Of a stretch of 64,000 nt of DNA, positions 1 through 11,011 are shown in pieces. The stretch is taken from assembly GCA_001600695.1 (NCBI GenBank), contig BCKQ01000005.1:403307-467306 (forward strand), in the 5' to 3' direction. The position numbers and the translations under genes were made by a program. Every line of letters begins with the position of its first letter. The first letter of the stretch is position 1. The DNA is from Ascoidea asiatica JCM 7603 (lineage: Eukaryota; Fungi; Ascomycota). The notes under the pieces were generated by a model that worked only from the letters and a program-made list of their open reading frames with translations, did no database searches and was not told where the DNA came from.

Positions 1-3000
1 TCACATTTTGGACTCGTAAATCTTCATTATTTTCTTCTACTCCTGAAATAACTGTATTTTTTTGTTTACCTGCTTGTTTGAGAAACAACCCAAAGTTATT
101 TAAGTATACTTTCCAAAATACTATAAAATCATAGTTGAAGCTATAATCCTTTTCATCGTCATCTTGCATTTCAAATTGATTTTCGAAATTTATATCGTTG
201 AAGTAATCTGAATTCAAATTATTGAAAAAGTATGGATCATTTGAGATTAGTTTATAATATGAATCAACAATTAATTTGAACATATCAACAAAATTCAAAT
301 GAACGTCATAATTCAAACCACTTTCCTTGTTTTTAACACTAGTATTATTGATAGATAAGGCTAAAATATCAGCGATAGAAAGAGATGCAGAAATGTTTGA
401 AAATGCATCACTTGTCAAAGCATTTTGAGAATTTCTAGATAAAAACTCAAATTCAAGACAACTTTTGTCAAGATAATAGTTTAGAACATATTTATAATTA
501 TCTAAAATCATCAATAGTAAATATAACTCCTCGTAATTTAATTGAATGGATACCATACTGTTTATTATTGGACATTCTGTATCATTTAAAGGAGTAATAG
601 GAGATATAGGAGAAGTAGGAGAGACAGAAATTCCAATATACTTGCTCTCAGAAAAGTTTTCTCCATAGGCATTTATCACTAGTATTTCTTTGAGTAAACA
701 GAAGAAATTTTCGACAGAGTAAAAACGTTGGAAAAGTAACAATAGAAAGCTTATTTTATTTTTTCCAAACTTAAATTGCCTTATTGAATCCTCTATGTTA
801 GTGTCAATATTTAGCTCGTCAAAATCTCTCTGATAGCCTTCAGAGATTTCTGAAGTTTGATTATCAATCGCAATCAAGGAAGATTCCAAGTCTTTAGGAG
901 CATGTAAAAAGCTTTTGAGCTTTTCACTTAAAAAATCACCCAAGTACATTTTGATACCAATCTCTAAACGGAACAAAAAATCAAGATCCTCTTCCAAGAC
1001 ATTATCACCACACTCATCTATTAAGAAAGGTATAATGTTGTTTTCGATGATTAATTTGCCCTTTTTTAATTTTTCCTCTAAGTTAAGGTTGCCACTAAAC
1101 ACTGAGGTTTCAAAATCACTTGCTCCAAACTCCTCTAAAAAGCTTTGAACATTACTTTTCAAGTGCTTCATTGTTAGTTTCAACTGGGAGTTGTTAAGAA
1201 CAATTTCAATCTTTAAATTTTTAAGAATCAAAAAATGAAATATGTTTAAAACCTTGACGTTCTTAGAGGATTTAGAATTATGCATTAATATTCCTGAGGA
1301 AATCAACCTTCTCAAATATGTATTAATAGAAAAAAGATTATTTTTGAATATTAGATTGAGTAAAATAATTAATTGATGTAAATTCACAGTCTTAACAGAT
1401 ATGCTCTCACCATTTGTTTTGATTACACGATTGAAAGGGTTGATTAAGTTAGCCTGGTTTATCTGAGAAAAATCTTCAGTCCCATTTTTTTTAACTTGAT
1501 CTATAAACCCAAAATTCACCAAATCATCATCTTTGATGGAAAAAATAAAGTCCAAGATTTCATTTTGCAAAAAAGTCACAAGATTGCTCATTACAATCTT
1601 TCGGTTAAACGAATCAGGAATGTTTCCTTTTTTTATATTTTCACTTTGAGAATTAGATAATTTTAATGAACTTAGCAACTCATTTAAAAAAAATCTAGAT
1701 TCCGCTAAGAATTTATTGAAAATTGTGTAAACAATAAGTCTTTTATTTTCAAAGACTAATTCATCATTATCATCAAAAGAATTGAAATCAAGATTTCCAA
1801 CTGAATAAAAGTTGACACACCAATAGAGTACTGACCTTATATTATTTTTAACTGTATCAATTGAGTTAGATGAAAATTTAAATTTATTGAAAGCTTTTTG
1901 TTGATCAATTTTCACTGCATTCTCTCGAATTTCAGCTGACTGAGAGAAAAATAAAAACTGGAAGATCAACGAAAAATCTTGAAAGATAAGCATTATTATT
2001 CGGTTTAATTTATTCTTAAACTGGTAATAAGGATTTATTTTTTCTTTTTTTGTAGTCTTTGCTGCTTCTCTTTTCGAATTTGTACTATTTGAGGATTTGC
2101 TATCCATAGAATTGAACAATTTCAAGAAATCAGTAATATGTTTTCTAATAAGATCATCATTAAAGTTAATATGGTCACCTTGCGAAAAGTCCTGTAAAAA
2201 ATTGTCCTTTTGTTGTAGCATGTCATCTAATAAAGTAATGATCTCAGAATGCTCATTTTGCCTTCCTGTATTTTTTATCTCCTGTTCTTTGATTTCATGA
2301 TGCTCTTTGCATGTACGGTTTTCCTCTTGCCTTTCATTTTGCATGTTTTTCAAGATAGATTCATTTTTTTTACATATTTTTGAGAATACAGAATTTTTAA
2401 GCTGCACAATATTTGATTCAAAACATAAAGTTTTTCCTTTAGCCGATAAATTCTTTAAATAATAATAGTTAACATCATTTATTGATATACTGAAACTTAA
2501 TGGAAGTGGAATTTTATCAGCAAATAAATTGGCTACATTTTTTTGTGAAATATCTGATTTTGGGCTAAACTTCGGAACCCTAATGCCAAGAATATTGTAA
2601 TTCAGTATTATTTTCTTAGTTTGTAGCCAATCTGAAGGCTGAAAATTTATAGAATCATTTCTTAGAGTCAAATCGTTTAATATAAATAATCTTGAGTTCT
2701 TTAAAAATAAAAAATTCAATATCTTTTTAATATTAAACAAAATATATAATTTTGATTTTTGTAATAGCCTGTTGATTTTCATTGACTCGATGTAAGACTT
2801 CGAGGTTGAATCTAGATTACTTAATAAACTGTTGCTAATTCCATTATTGATAGAAGTGTAATTGCTTGAGTGGAGGTTGATAACTGTAGGACTATTCCCA
2901 AAGTTAATTGGAGATTGATTTTGAAAATTTGTAGTGAAATCATTCATGTTTTGAAAACTATAACCATTGATATTACTTGGAGTGTTCATATTTGATAAAG

Positions 3001-4432
3001 ATGTTGGTATTCCTGAGTTTGAATTCAGTGATGCAAAATTAAATAATACATTTCCTAAATTGAATTTAGTAAGCACTAAATCATATTTTTTGGTTAAAAT
3101 ATCAATTAAACATCGAAGAAAAAAATTTGGGTTCAACAAAAAAGTTGATTCTTTTAGATTTACATCTTGGGACGAAGGATTCAGTATTTGATAATGATTA
3201 TGAAATAAATAAGGTAAGAATACTCTCAAAAGTGAGAGAGCTAAAAGGATATCACTTGGCCTTGTAGCTTTCTTTAAGAAATTATTAATCAACCAATTTA
3301 TAAAAATATTTCTATTGATTAGTCTCTCATTAAATAAAGCTAAAATTAACCTTTTCATATAGTTTAATTTAAATTTCAGATTTGAAGTATTTGTCAAAGA
3401 CAAAGATGAAGACAATTTCTCATTACTTGGTATATTAGTGGACTTATTGAAATTAGTATTTATAGAATTCGGTAATCCATCAGAATTGGATGGCGGGCCT
3501 TCAAAATTATTTAAATTAATGTAATTCATCGAAAAAGAATTTGAATAAAAATAAGTTAAATTTTCCATATAAATAATTATTTGCGTTGACCAATCATTAA
3601 TCCAATTCAAGTCCACATTTTTGCTTTGATTTTGAGAAATATTTATATTATTATTTTGAAACTGAGCATGTTCTTGATTTTGATGCTGGCCTTGTCTAGA
3701 AGATAGATGACTATAGTTAGTAGCTGATCTTGCAATAGATTTTGATTCATTCAATGCTATACATTTAACAAGCCAGATAGCTCTTTGAATGGGAATGTTT
3801 TTCAATACTAACTGATCTAATAAAGCCTTATCTGTCACCACATGAGGTACTGCTTGTGATAAATTTTTCAATGAAAATGAATAAGAAGCTAAATTTTTAA
3901 ACCATAGTTCCTTCTTCGAATCTGATAAAATGGCATCGTTTGGAGGTCTGAAAGTTGAAGGAGAATTTATTTTATTAAATATATTATTTCTTAAATTTAA
4001 AGATATCAATAAATTTTCAGACAATTTATCCAAAGTGCCTTTATTTCTATTGCTAGATTTTAAATTTGAATAAACTGAACTTCTTGCAGAAATAAGCTCA
4101 TTATTAACTGATGAAGGTTCGATAAAGCCTTTATCTAAATGAGAAATTGTTATTAGATCCTCCGTTGAAGTATGTTTCCATGGAAAGAAATCTGGATATT
4201 TAGTGAAGCTTGACTCACTGTCAATATTAATTTTAGAGTTATTTTCAATCCGTTTTAAAACAAATGGAGATATTGAATTATCTTCGGCTGTAAAAGAATG
4301 AACATTTGAATCAGGTCTAAGAAGTAAATATCGTTGATGAATAAGATCCTCAATGGGTGTCTTCAGATTAATCTTTTGATTGTCTAATTTGTTACTTCCA
4401 AAAGAGGAGTGATTGCTTGTTCTCCCTTTCAT
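1..4432 (-). CDS. SRB8: Mediator kinase-module subunit Med12/Srb8 (3' end runs off the window; absent from ORF track)
   Basis: Manual translation from ATG at 4432 (MKGRTSNHSS...) gives YPDFFPWKHTSTEDLITISHLDKGFIEPSSVNNELISARSS and FRPP...WFKNLAS...LKNLSQAVPH...LLDQLVLKNIPIQRAIWLVKCIALNE, the Med12 N-terminal signature. The downstream part looks coding but was not translated in full. Confidence 0.9.
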   Translation of the reverse strand, partial: MKGRTSNHSSFGSNKLDNQKINLKTPIEDLIHQRYLLLRPDSNVHSFTAEDNSISPFVLKRIENNSKINIDSESSFTKYPDFFPWKHTSTEDLITISHLDKGFIEPSSVNNELISARSSVYSNLKSSNRNKGTLDKLSENLLISLNLRNNIFNKINSPSTFRPPNDAILSDSKKELWFKNLASYSFSLKNLSQAVPHVVTDKALLDQLVLKNIPIQRAIWLVKCIALNESKSIARSATNYSHLSSRQGQHQNQEHAQFQNNNINISQNQSKNVDLNWINDWSTQIIIYMENLTYFYSNSFSMNYINLNNFEGPPSNSDGLPNSINTNFNKSTNIPSNEKLSSSLSLTNTSNLKFKLNYMKRLILALFNERLINRNIFINWLINNFLKKATRPSDILLALSLLRVFLPYLFHNHYQILNPSSQDVNLKESTFLLNPNFFLRCLIDILTKKYDLVLTKFNLGNVLFNFASLNSNSGIPTSLSNMNTPSNINGYSFQNMNDFTTNFQNQSPINFGNSPTVINLHSSNYTSINNGISNSLLSNLDSTSKSYIESMKINRLLQKSKLYILFNIKKILNFLFLKNSRLFILNDLTLRNDSINFQPSDWLQTKKIILNYNILGIRVPKFSPKSDISQKNVANLFADKIPLPLSFSISINDVNYYYLKNLSAKGKTLCFESNIVQLKNSVFSKICKKNESILKNMQNERQEENRTCKEHHEIKEQEIKNTGRQNEHSEIITLLDDMLQQKDNFLQDFSQGDHINFNDDLIRKHITDFLKLFNSMDSKSSNSTNSKREAAKTTKKEKINPYYQFKNKLNRIIMLIFQDFSLIFQFLFFSQSAEIRENAVKIDQQKAFNKFKFSSNSIDTVKNNIRSVLYWCVNFYSVGNLDFNSFDDNDELVFENKRLIVYTIFNKFLAESRFFLNELLSSLKLSNSQSENIKKGNIPDSFNRKIVMSNLVTFLQNEILDFIFSIKDDDLVNFGFIDQVKKNGTEDFSQINQANLINPFNRVIKTNGESISVKTVNLHQLIILLNLIFKNNLFSINTYLRRLISSGILMHNSKSSKNVKVLNIFHFLILKNLKIEIVLNNSQLKLTMKHLKSNVQSFLEEFGASDFETSVFSGNLNLEEKLKKGKLIIENNIIPFLIDECGDNVLEEDLDFLFRLEIGIKMYLGDFLSEKLKSFLHAPKDLESSLIAIDNQTSEISEGYQRDFDELNIDTNIEDSIRQFKFGKNKISFLLLLFQRFYSVENFFCLLKEILVINAYGENFSESKYIGISVSPTSPISPITPLNDTECPIINSMVSIQLNYEELYLLLMILDNYKYVLNYYLDKSCLEFEFLSRNSQNALTSDAFSNISASLSIADILALSINNTSVKNKESGLNYDVHLNFVDMFKLIVDSYYKLISNDPYFFNNLNSDYFNDINFENQFEMQDDDEKDYSFNYDFIVFWKVYLNNFGLFLKQAGKQKNTVISGVEENNEDLRVQNV

Positions 4433-4918
4433 AATGTGATATCTGTGGTATGTACATTGAGTCTTTCTTAAAAATTTAAATAAGCTCAATCATTCAAAGC
4501 TATATTCTAAACCAGATTATTTTGTTCATGAATGATAAATAACTTTTTGTAAAATCAGTTTTCAAAAATCTATCGCCCTTTCTTCCTTTTTAGTGATTTT
4601 CTCTCAATATTATTGAATGTATGCTTGTTAATAGAATACTTAACTATTTGAAATAACTTTAGTTAACTACGTACGGTCGGGAGAATTTCTTCTGGAGTAA
4701 CCTCGGTATTTGCGTCCGGATTAAACCAGTTTCGATTAATTACTGTTTTAAGAGAAGTTAGGTAAATTAGTGTACGTATGCTATTTATTTTTATGTTTTT
4801 ATCAGTTTATTTTGTTACTTTTAAGCAATTTCTTATTCTGAAAATACTGTTTTACAGATATCCAAGCAGTTCTTTCCAAAGAAAATGTTTTAGGTAAAAT
4901 TGATGTTTCTTCCAAGTT

Positions 4919-6864
4919 TTAAAGAGCAAATATAGGAGTTTTCTTTTTTCCAAATGGATAAACTACTAGTGTAGAAACAAATAATCCTACAGATATTCCA
5001 AGGGCAATTTCAATCATTGCTATTCCAAAAGAGAGACTACCAGAGCCACTTGTTGTTGTTGTATCAGTTGTTGTCGTGCTATTATTTACAATGCTATTTG
5101 CAGTCTCTATTCCAGATAAAAGAGTTCCTTTGGCATTTCCCGGTACTTGCAAAAAAATTGCTGGAAGCATTGAAGCAACAGCAAGACCTTTATAAACTCT
5201 AGAATATAAATTAGCTAATACTCCTATGACAAGTGCGGATATAGCTGCTGTTAATTCAGTATTAGAACTGAAATGCATTTGCGAAAAATAACTAACCAAA
5301 TATCCTATTGAGGCAATAGAAATCATTGATGGAATCTGGGTCCATTTGGCTTGATTTACTAAAGATAATGACAATGAAAACATAGGAACAAATAAAAGTC
5401 TATACCAAGGATTAATACTTTTTGGGCATGAAGTTTCTGAGGAAGCACCTTTATCAATCCATCCATATAACGCTGCTCCTAATGTTATTCCAAATCCTAG
5501 AAATAATGAATAAATTATCGCGTAAAACATTCTAACTGATCCAGCAACAATATTTCTTGATTGAATTTCAAGTGATCCACATAAAATTATATATCCAGGT
5601 AGTATTAAAGCTAAAGAACCTTGAGTAACAGCAGAAAAACAAATTGTGTTATTGTTATTGATTGATCCTAATGCCCTTCCTAAAAAGCTCACAACAATAG
5701 ATGCTGCAACTTCAAATACATTTGAGTAAAGTTTAGATCTTGGATTAATATAAAATTGTAAAAAGCCAACACATGATCCTATTATAAAAGAAATTGGCAT
5801 ATCAATCCAATTACCTCCAAATGCAAAAGGAGTTACCATCGCTGAACCAAAACCATAAATTAGTACACACATAAATGGACTATATAGTGGTTTTGTACAT
5901 AGTATTTCATCAAGTTCTTTTGAGGCGTCCTCAACTCCTTTATAATCATGTACAACCTCTTTATAAATTTTATGAACTTGTGAAAGTTTATATAAATTAA
6001 CACCTTCTGGGGATTTTACTAATTGCATTTCCGAAGTTCTTGTTGAGGCATCTCCAAATGAAATTATCATACAACCGGGAATATATAGAACTTGTGTTTC
6101 AATTTCAAGAACTTTTGCTGTCATTGTTATCATTTCTTCAAGTCTATGAGTCGGAGCACCATAAAGCATTAAACCTTTACACATTCTTAACACAAACCTT
6201 TGTCTATGTAAGATATCAGCTATATGAACAGTAATTTTTGCTTCCATTGCCTCATTATTGAAAATTTTCAAAAAAGAATTTTTTGTTGTTAATTTTGGTC
6301 TTTGAGGTAATCCAATAGAAGTAGAATTCATTGGTGAATGAGGAGGAGAAGAATGTTTAAATGAATTTAAAGAAGACGTTGATCCAAGTTTAAAATGTTT
6401 ATAAAATGTTGGAGATAAAGACCTACGATTTGTAGGAGATGATTCGTTACTTTTTGCAATTGAAGGTGTTGGACTTTTATCTCCTTTTCTTCCTCTTCCT
6501 AATTTTGTTCCTGTTCCTGTTTTATTTCCAATTTTTGCTTGTAATAAAGTATCATCAACATAATTTTCATTATTATTAAAATTCAGTTTTGACAGATTCA
6601 AAAAAGAATAGGATTTAGATTTGAAAAAAGAAGGTCTTGAAGGATTATTTGAATTTTGCTTTTGATTAGAATCAATTTTTTGATATTTAAAGTTATTTGA
6701 ATCTTGAATATTTTGATTTTGATATAATTTTAGTAATGAACCAAGGACTCCAGTTCGAACAGTGTCAACATTATTGAACTGACTAGCTTTTCTATCATTA
6801 TTGGAATTGCTACTTTCATTATTATTATTATTGTTATTATTGGTATCACGATCAATATTATTGC

Positions 6865-6898
<34 letters not shown>

Positions 6899-7825
6899 AT
6901 TGTTATTAATATTATTATTATTATTATTGTCATTGCTTTTACCTTGATCATCATTATTTGAATTGTTTTCGGATTGATTAATTAAAGAAATTGTTGAATA
7001 ATTAATATTTTGAGCTTCATAAATTCCTTTATCACTTCTAAGATATGAATTTATATTCGGTGTTAAAAAATCTAAATTTATATCTTTTGGATTTAAATTT
7101 AAATTCAAATTAGGATCAGTTTTGTTGATTTTGTTAGCTTTATTAAATTTTGAAAATTTATTAGCTTTAATTTTATCTTTATGACTAATTTTATTATTAT
7201 TGTTATGAGATTGAACAAAATTTGAAGCGGTTCTATTTGAATCAGATAAATGAACTAAATGTATAGAATTCTCTTCATCATTTTTTTTTGAAGGTTTATT
7301 ATTAAGTAAACTTGGTGTTAAAGAGAAATTGCTATTAATTGTTGGTAGTTTTGATAAAAATTTTGTGGAAAAAAAATTTTTGTTTTTAAATTTAGATTTT
7401 AAATTTGAATCCGAATTTGAAACTAAAGAAATTTGAATATTATCATCGCTATTATTATTATTAATATCACTGGAAATCTCTCTATTAGTGGTGATATTTG
7501 GAAAATCACCATTATTGTTTTTATTATATTTTTTATTGTTCTTATTAATATTTGTTGACATTACCAGATGAGATTGGGTGGAATCATCAGAGGTGGTAGA
7601 GGAAGAATCATTTTCATTAATTACATCATCTTGAAGAGATTTTGGTTTATTGGTATTATCATTATATATTTTATTATTTTTAATTTCATTATAATTATTA
7701 AGGTCGTTGACATTATTATGAGCAAAGTTCAAATTATCTGAACTTTCACCATTGGTATCAAAAACTTGTATTTTTGGCCTGTTCAGCATACTTTTTGAAG
7801 AAGATTCATCTTTTTTAGAAGGCAT
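4919..7825 (-). CDS. PRM10: Pheromone-regulated membrane protein 10 (ThrE-family multi-pass transporter) with long Asn/Ser-rich N-terminus
   Basis: ITVHIADILHRQRFVLRMCKGLMLYGAPTHRLEE, LALILPGYIILCGSLEIQSRNIVAGSVRMFYAIIYSLFLGFG, about 10 TM segments. First ATG at 7825 (the track start at 7864 is TTG). Confidence 0.9.
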
Positions 7826-8588
7826 TAGAAAGCAAAAAAAAAAAGTTGAAATTAGAATTAACAAATATTTTCAGATTCTTTTAAGTCTTGTTCAAATTCT
7901 TTTTTTTTTTTTCAATTTGTGTAATTTTTTGATCAATTATTTTTAAAACTTGTAAAAAACGAAAATTATAAGGTTATTCTATCAAAATATATATATCCAG
8001 TTATATTTGGATCGAAAAATTAATAAAATTTCAAAAGATGATTGAATTAAGAAGTAGTGAAGAATTAAATGAATAATTATCGAGAGCCAATTAATATCTA
8101 ATGCATCGGATCGGTATAGGAGGGTGTAACGTCATGGAGCAAATAGAGTTTGAAGGGCTGAGATGAATAAGGCTGGTGAATCCGTTACTGGAGTAACAAG
8201 AGGATTCAGTTTAATAAGAAGAGTGTAATAATACATAAGTACGTAACTACGGTAATAAAAAAAGCAAAATCACGTGTGTAGGTGCTAGGCCTTTTTTCTT
8301 TATATATCCATATCCGAATTGTTGGAACTCGGAGTAGTCACGTTTTATATATAAAAAAAATATGCATAAGAAAGTCGACAGATTCATCTACGTTTGAGTT
8401 TGCAAGTTACCTAAATGAGCTTTTGCGCCGCTATTGATCTGGTGCTAGGTTGACATCAAAATACAAGGTCACGTGGGTTTACAAACTTTAGCCAAATGCT
8501 AGATAAGGTGAGTTTCACCAAGAAAACGTGCCTCACCGCAGCCACAGTTGTTACCGACCACAAGCGAGATCCGAGGTGGACTGGAAAC

Positions 8589-8660
8589 TTATCTGACATC
8601 AGATAATTTCAGATTACTTAGTGACTATCTCAGATTATTACTGTTATCTGATTATCTGAA
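8589..8660. promoter_or_regulatory. Cluster of GATA-factor sites (four TCAGATAA/TTATCTGA) in the PRM10 / 9082-ORF divergent promoter
   Basis: TTATCTGAC 8589-8597, ATCAGATAA 8598-8606, TTATCTGAT 8644-8652, TTATCTGAA 8652-8660. Confidence 0.5.
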
Positions 8661-9081
8661 TCAAGAAAACACAGGAAACACACACAGCCAGCAGAATGCA
8701 AACGAGTGAAACTATGCCATTGCAATTGTTAATCGATAGCTTTACCCAAGGTTAATTTTTAATTGATTCTTAATTCTTAGTTCTTAATTTATTATTACCA
8801 AAATGGAGTTAAATAATAATAACGTTACGTAATAAATAGACTTACAGTACTGTACTACAGTGATATTAAATTACCTATTATTTAGTTGTAATATCCTATA
8901 AATCCAATATAAATTCCTTTTTTTTTTTTGTATATATTAGATTAAATAAAATGATTAAAGACTTATTAAATTCATTATATCTCAACAATACAATCAATCT
9001 ACTTGCTTGTCAAAATACTTATATTCAACCTTACTCAATTTTTAAATCATAAATTATTTACTCTTTTTATGTTTTTGTAAA

Positions 9082-10530
9082 ATGATTATTAAAACAGATC
9101 CAATAAGTAAATTATTCCAAGATTTTATAGACCCAAATTTTAAATCTTCTAACAGACCGAATTCTTCTCCTTTAGCTTTGGCTCTTTTAGATTTCGAAGA
9201 TGGAAACATAATAATTTCAGCTATAAATCATAAGTTATTAGATGATTATTCAACGAAAGAAGGTGATCTAGCTTCAACCAATATTAAACTTTTATTTCAA
9301 GATGATAGAGGTCAAAAAAATATTAACATGAAAGACAATGGAAAAAAACCTAAAATGAACATTGATAATGGTGACAATGATAATAAATTTAACTCTAATT
9401 CTAACGCTATTTCAATAAATCCTCTTTTAACCATAAATTCTAACAGCTCTCATAATACTTTTCCTTCTTCTACTTCTTCTACTACTTGTTCTCATACTTC
9501 TTTTCTCAATAATAATCATGCTGATAGTAATACTAATAATAATGATCATAGTAATGATAGTAATAGTAATAATAATAGTAATAGTAGTTATAATAATAAT
9601 GATAATAATAAATTCAAAATTCTAAACTTAATTTATGACAGGTGTTATAATATCTTTCATTTTTCTTCATATTCTTCTTATTCTTCTTATTTTACTTACT
9701 TTACTTTATATTCTAATTCAAAAAATTCTTCAAAGGCTGAAATAAATCAAAAATTAATTGATTCAAGAAAAAAAAAGAAACAAGAATTACAAAATTTAAA
9801 TAAATTAATCAAATTAAATCAATTAAACGATCAAAAAAGGTATAATTCTCGTTTAATATTAAATTTAATTGCTTTATACTCTTATAAATGTTTTAAAGTT
9901 TATATAGAAAAAATTTTCAACCTACCTAACTCCTTTCCAATATTTGATATAAATAAATCAAATTTATACAATCATAATCATAATCATAACCAATCTCAAT
10001 CTCAATCCCAATCTCAATGCCAATCTCAATCTCAATCTCTTCCTCCAATATTACAACCTTCAAAAATCAATCAATCGAATTTTTATAAATCTAGATATAA
10101 TTTCTTTGAATTATTTCTCGATGATAAAGTTATATATTTAATTTTATTCTCTCATTCAACAAATTCCAAAAATAACTTACCTGAAACTCATTTAGTTTTA
10201 AATGATATTTCAAATACTTCTAATGTTATTAATGATAAAAATAACAGTATTAATATTTTTCATAATTCTAAAATTAATCATTCAAAGTATAATTCAGGTT
10301 ACAATGCTGATGATGAATCAAGTGATGATAGTGAATCAGATTTAAATCATCATAATGATCAACTAGATTTAAACTTCACTAAACGTTTCAATTCTTCTCA
10401 GTCTTCTAATTTTTCACCAACCTATTCAAATTATATTTTAATGTTTGTATGTGAGAATCAATATTTAAAAGGTATTGCTCAAATGAGATTAAATAAATTA
10501 ATTCAGATTCTTCAAGAAAATGGTTTATAA
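9082..10530 (+). CDS. Probable Ego3/Slm4 (LAMTOR2/3-like roadblock) protein with large low-complexity insertions
   Basis: 482-aa ORF. N-terminal MIIKTDPISKLFQDFIDP...LALALLDFEDGNIIISA and C-terminal SNYILMFVCENQYLKGIAQMRLNKLIQIL resemble the first helix/strands and last strand-helix of Slm4/LAMTOR2 as recalled. The ORF is secure; the product is tentative. Confidence 0.5.
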   Translation: MIIKTDPISKLFQDFIDPNFKSSNRPNSSPLALALLDFEDGNIIISAINHKLLDDYSTKEGDLASTNIKLLFQDDRGQKNINMKDNGKKPKMNIDNGDNDNKFNSNSNAISINPLLTINSNSSHNTFPSSTSSTTCSHTSFLNNNHADSNTNNNDHSNDSNSNNNSNSSYNNNDNNKFKILNLIYDRCYNIFHFSSYSSYSSYFTYFTLYSNSKNSSKAEINQKLIDSRKKKKQELQNLNKLIKLNQLNDQKRYNSRLILNLIALYSYKCFKVYIEKIFNLPNSFPIFDINKSNLYNHNHNHNQSQSQSQSQCQSQSQSLPPILQPSKINQSNFYKSRYNFFELFLDDKVIYLILFSHSTNSKNNLPETHLVLNDISNTSNVINDKNNSINIFHNSKINHSKYNSGYNADDESSDDSESDLNHHNDQLDLNFTKRFNSSQSSNFSPTYSNYILMFVCENQYLKGIAQMRLNKLIQILQENGL

Positions 10531-11011
10531 ATAGTTTTTAATTTCTATATTTCCATTTTTCTATATTTCTATATTTCTAAATTTCTATATTTTTTTTTGC
10601 TTTATATATTATATTATATTTTTTATATAGTCTTTAAGTTTTCATTTTCTTCTTCATTTTTTCTGTCTTTTTATCAATTGTGTTATAAATATATTCTCAA
10701 TTCTTTAACTTTTTATTTCACTAAATTACACTTTCATATCAATCGAATCTTCATTCATTTTATCACCACCATATTCTGAAACCGAAAATGTTTGATTAGT
10801 AGTTGTAGTTTATCCTCCTCGAGCACGGCCTCTGATAGGCTGTTTTTTTTTTGAAGCTCTACGGTGCTATTTCTAGTATCTGCCTATTGTTTTCCACCAT
10901 GTTTGCCTATTTGCTTATCTTCTAGTTATTATTTTTCTTTTTATTTTGAGAACGTTTTATTCTTCATTACACTAATCTAGTTGGTGACTATCATAACTAA
11001 ATATTAGGATC

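Noticed and set aside
915-3191. Short + strand ORFs (915-1148, 2097-2300, 2967-3191)
   Set aside because: Antisense shadows of the SRB8 coding region.
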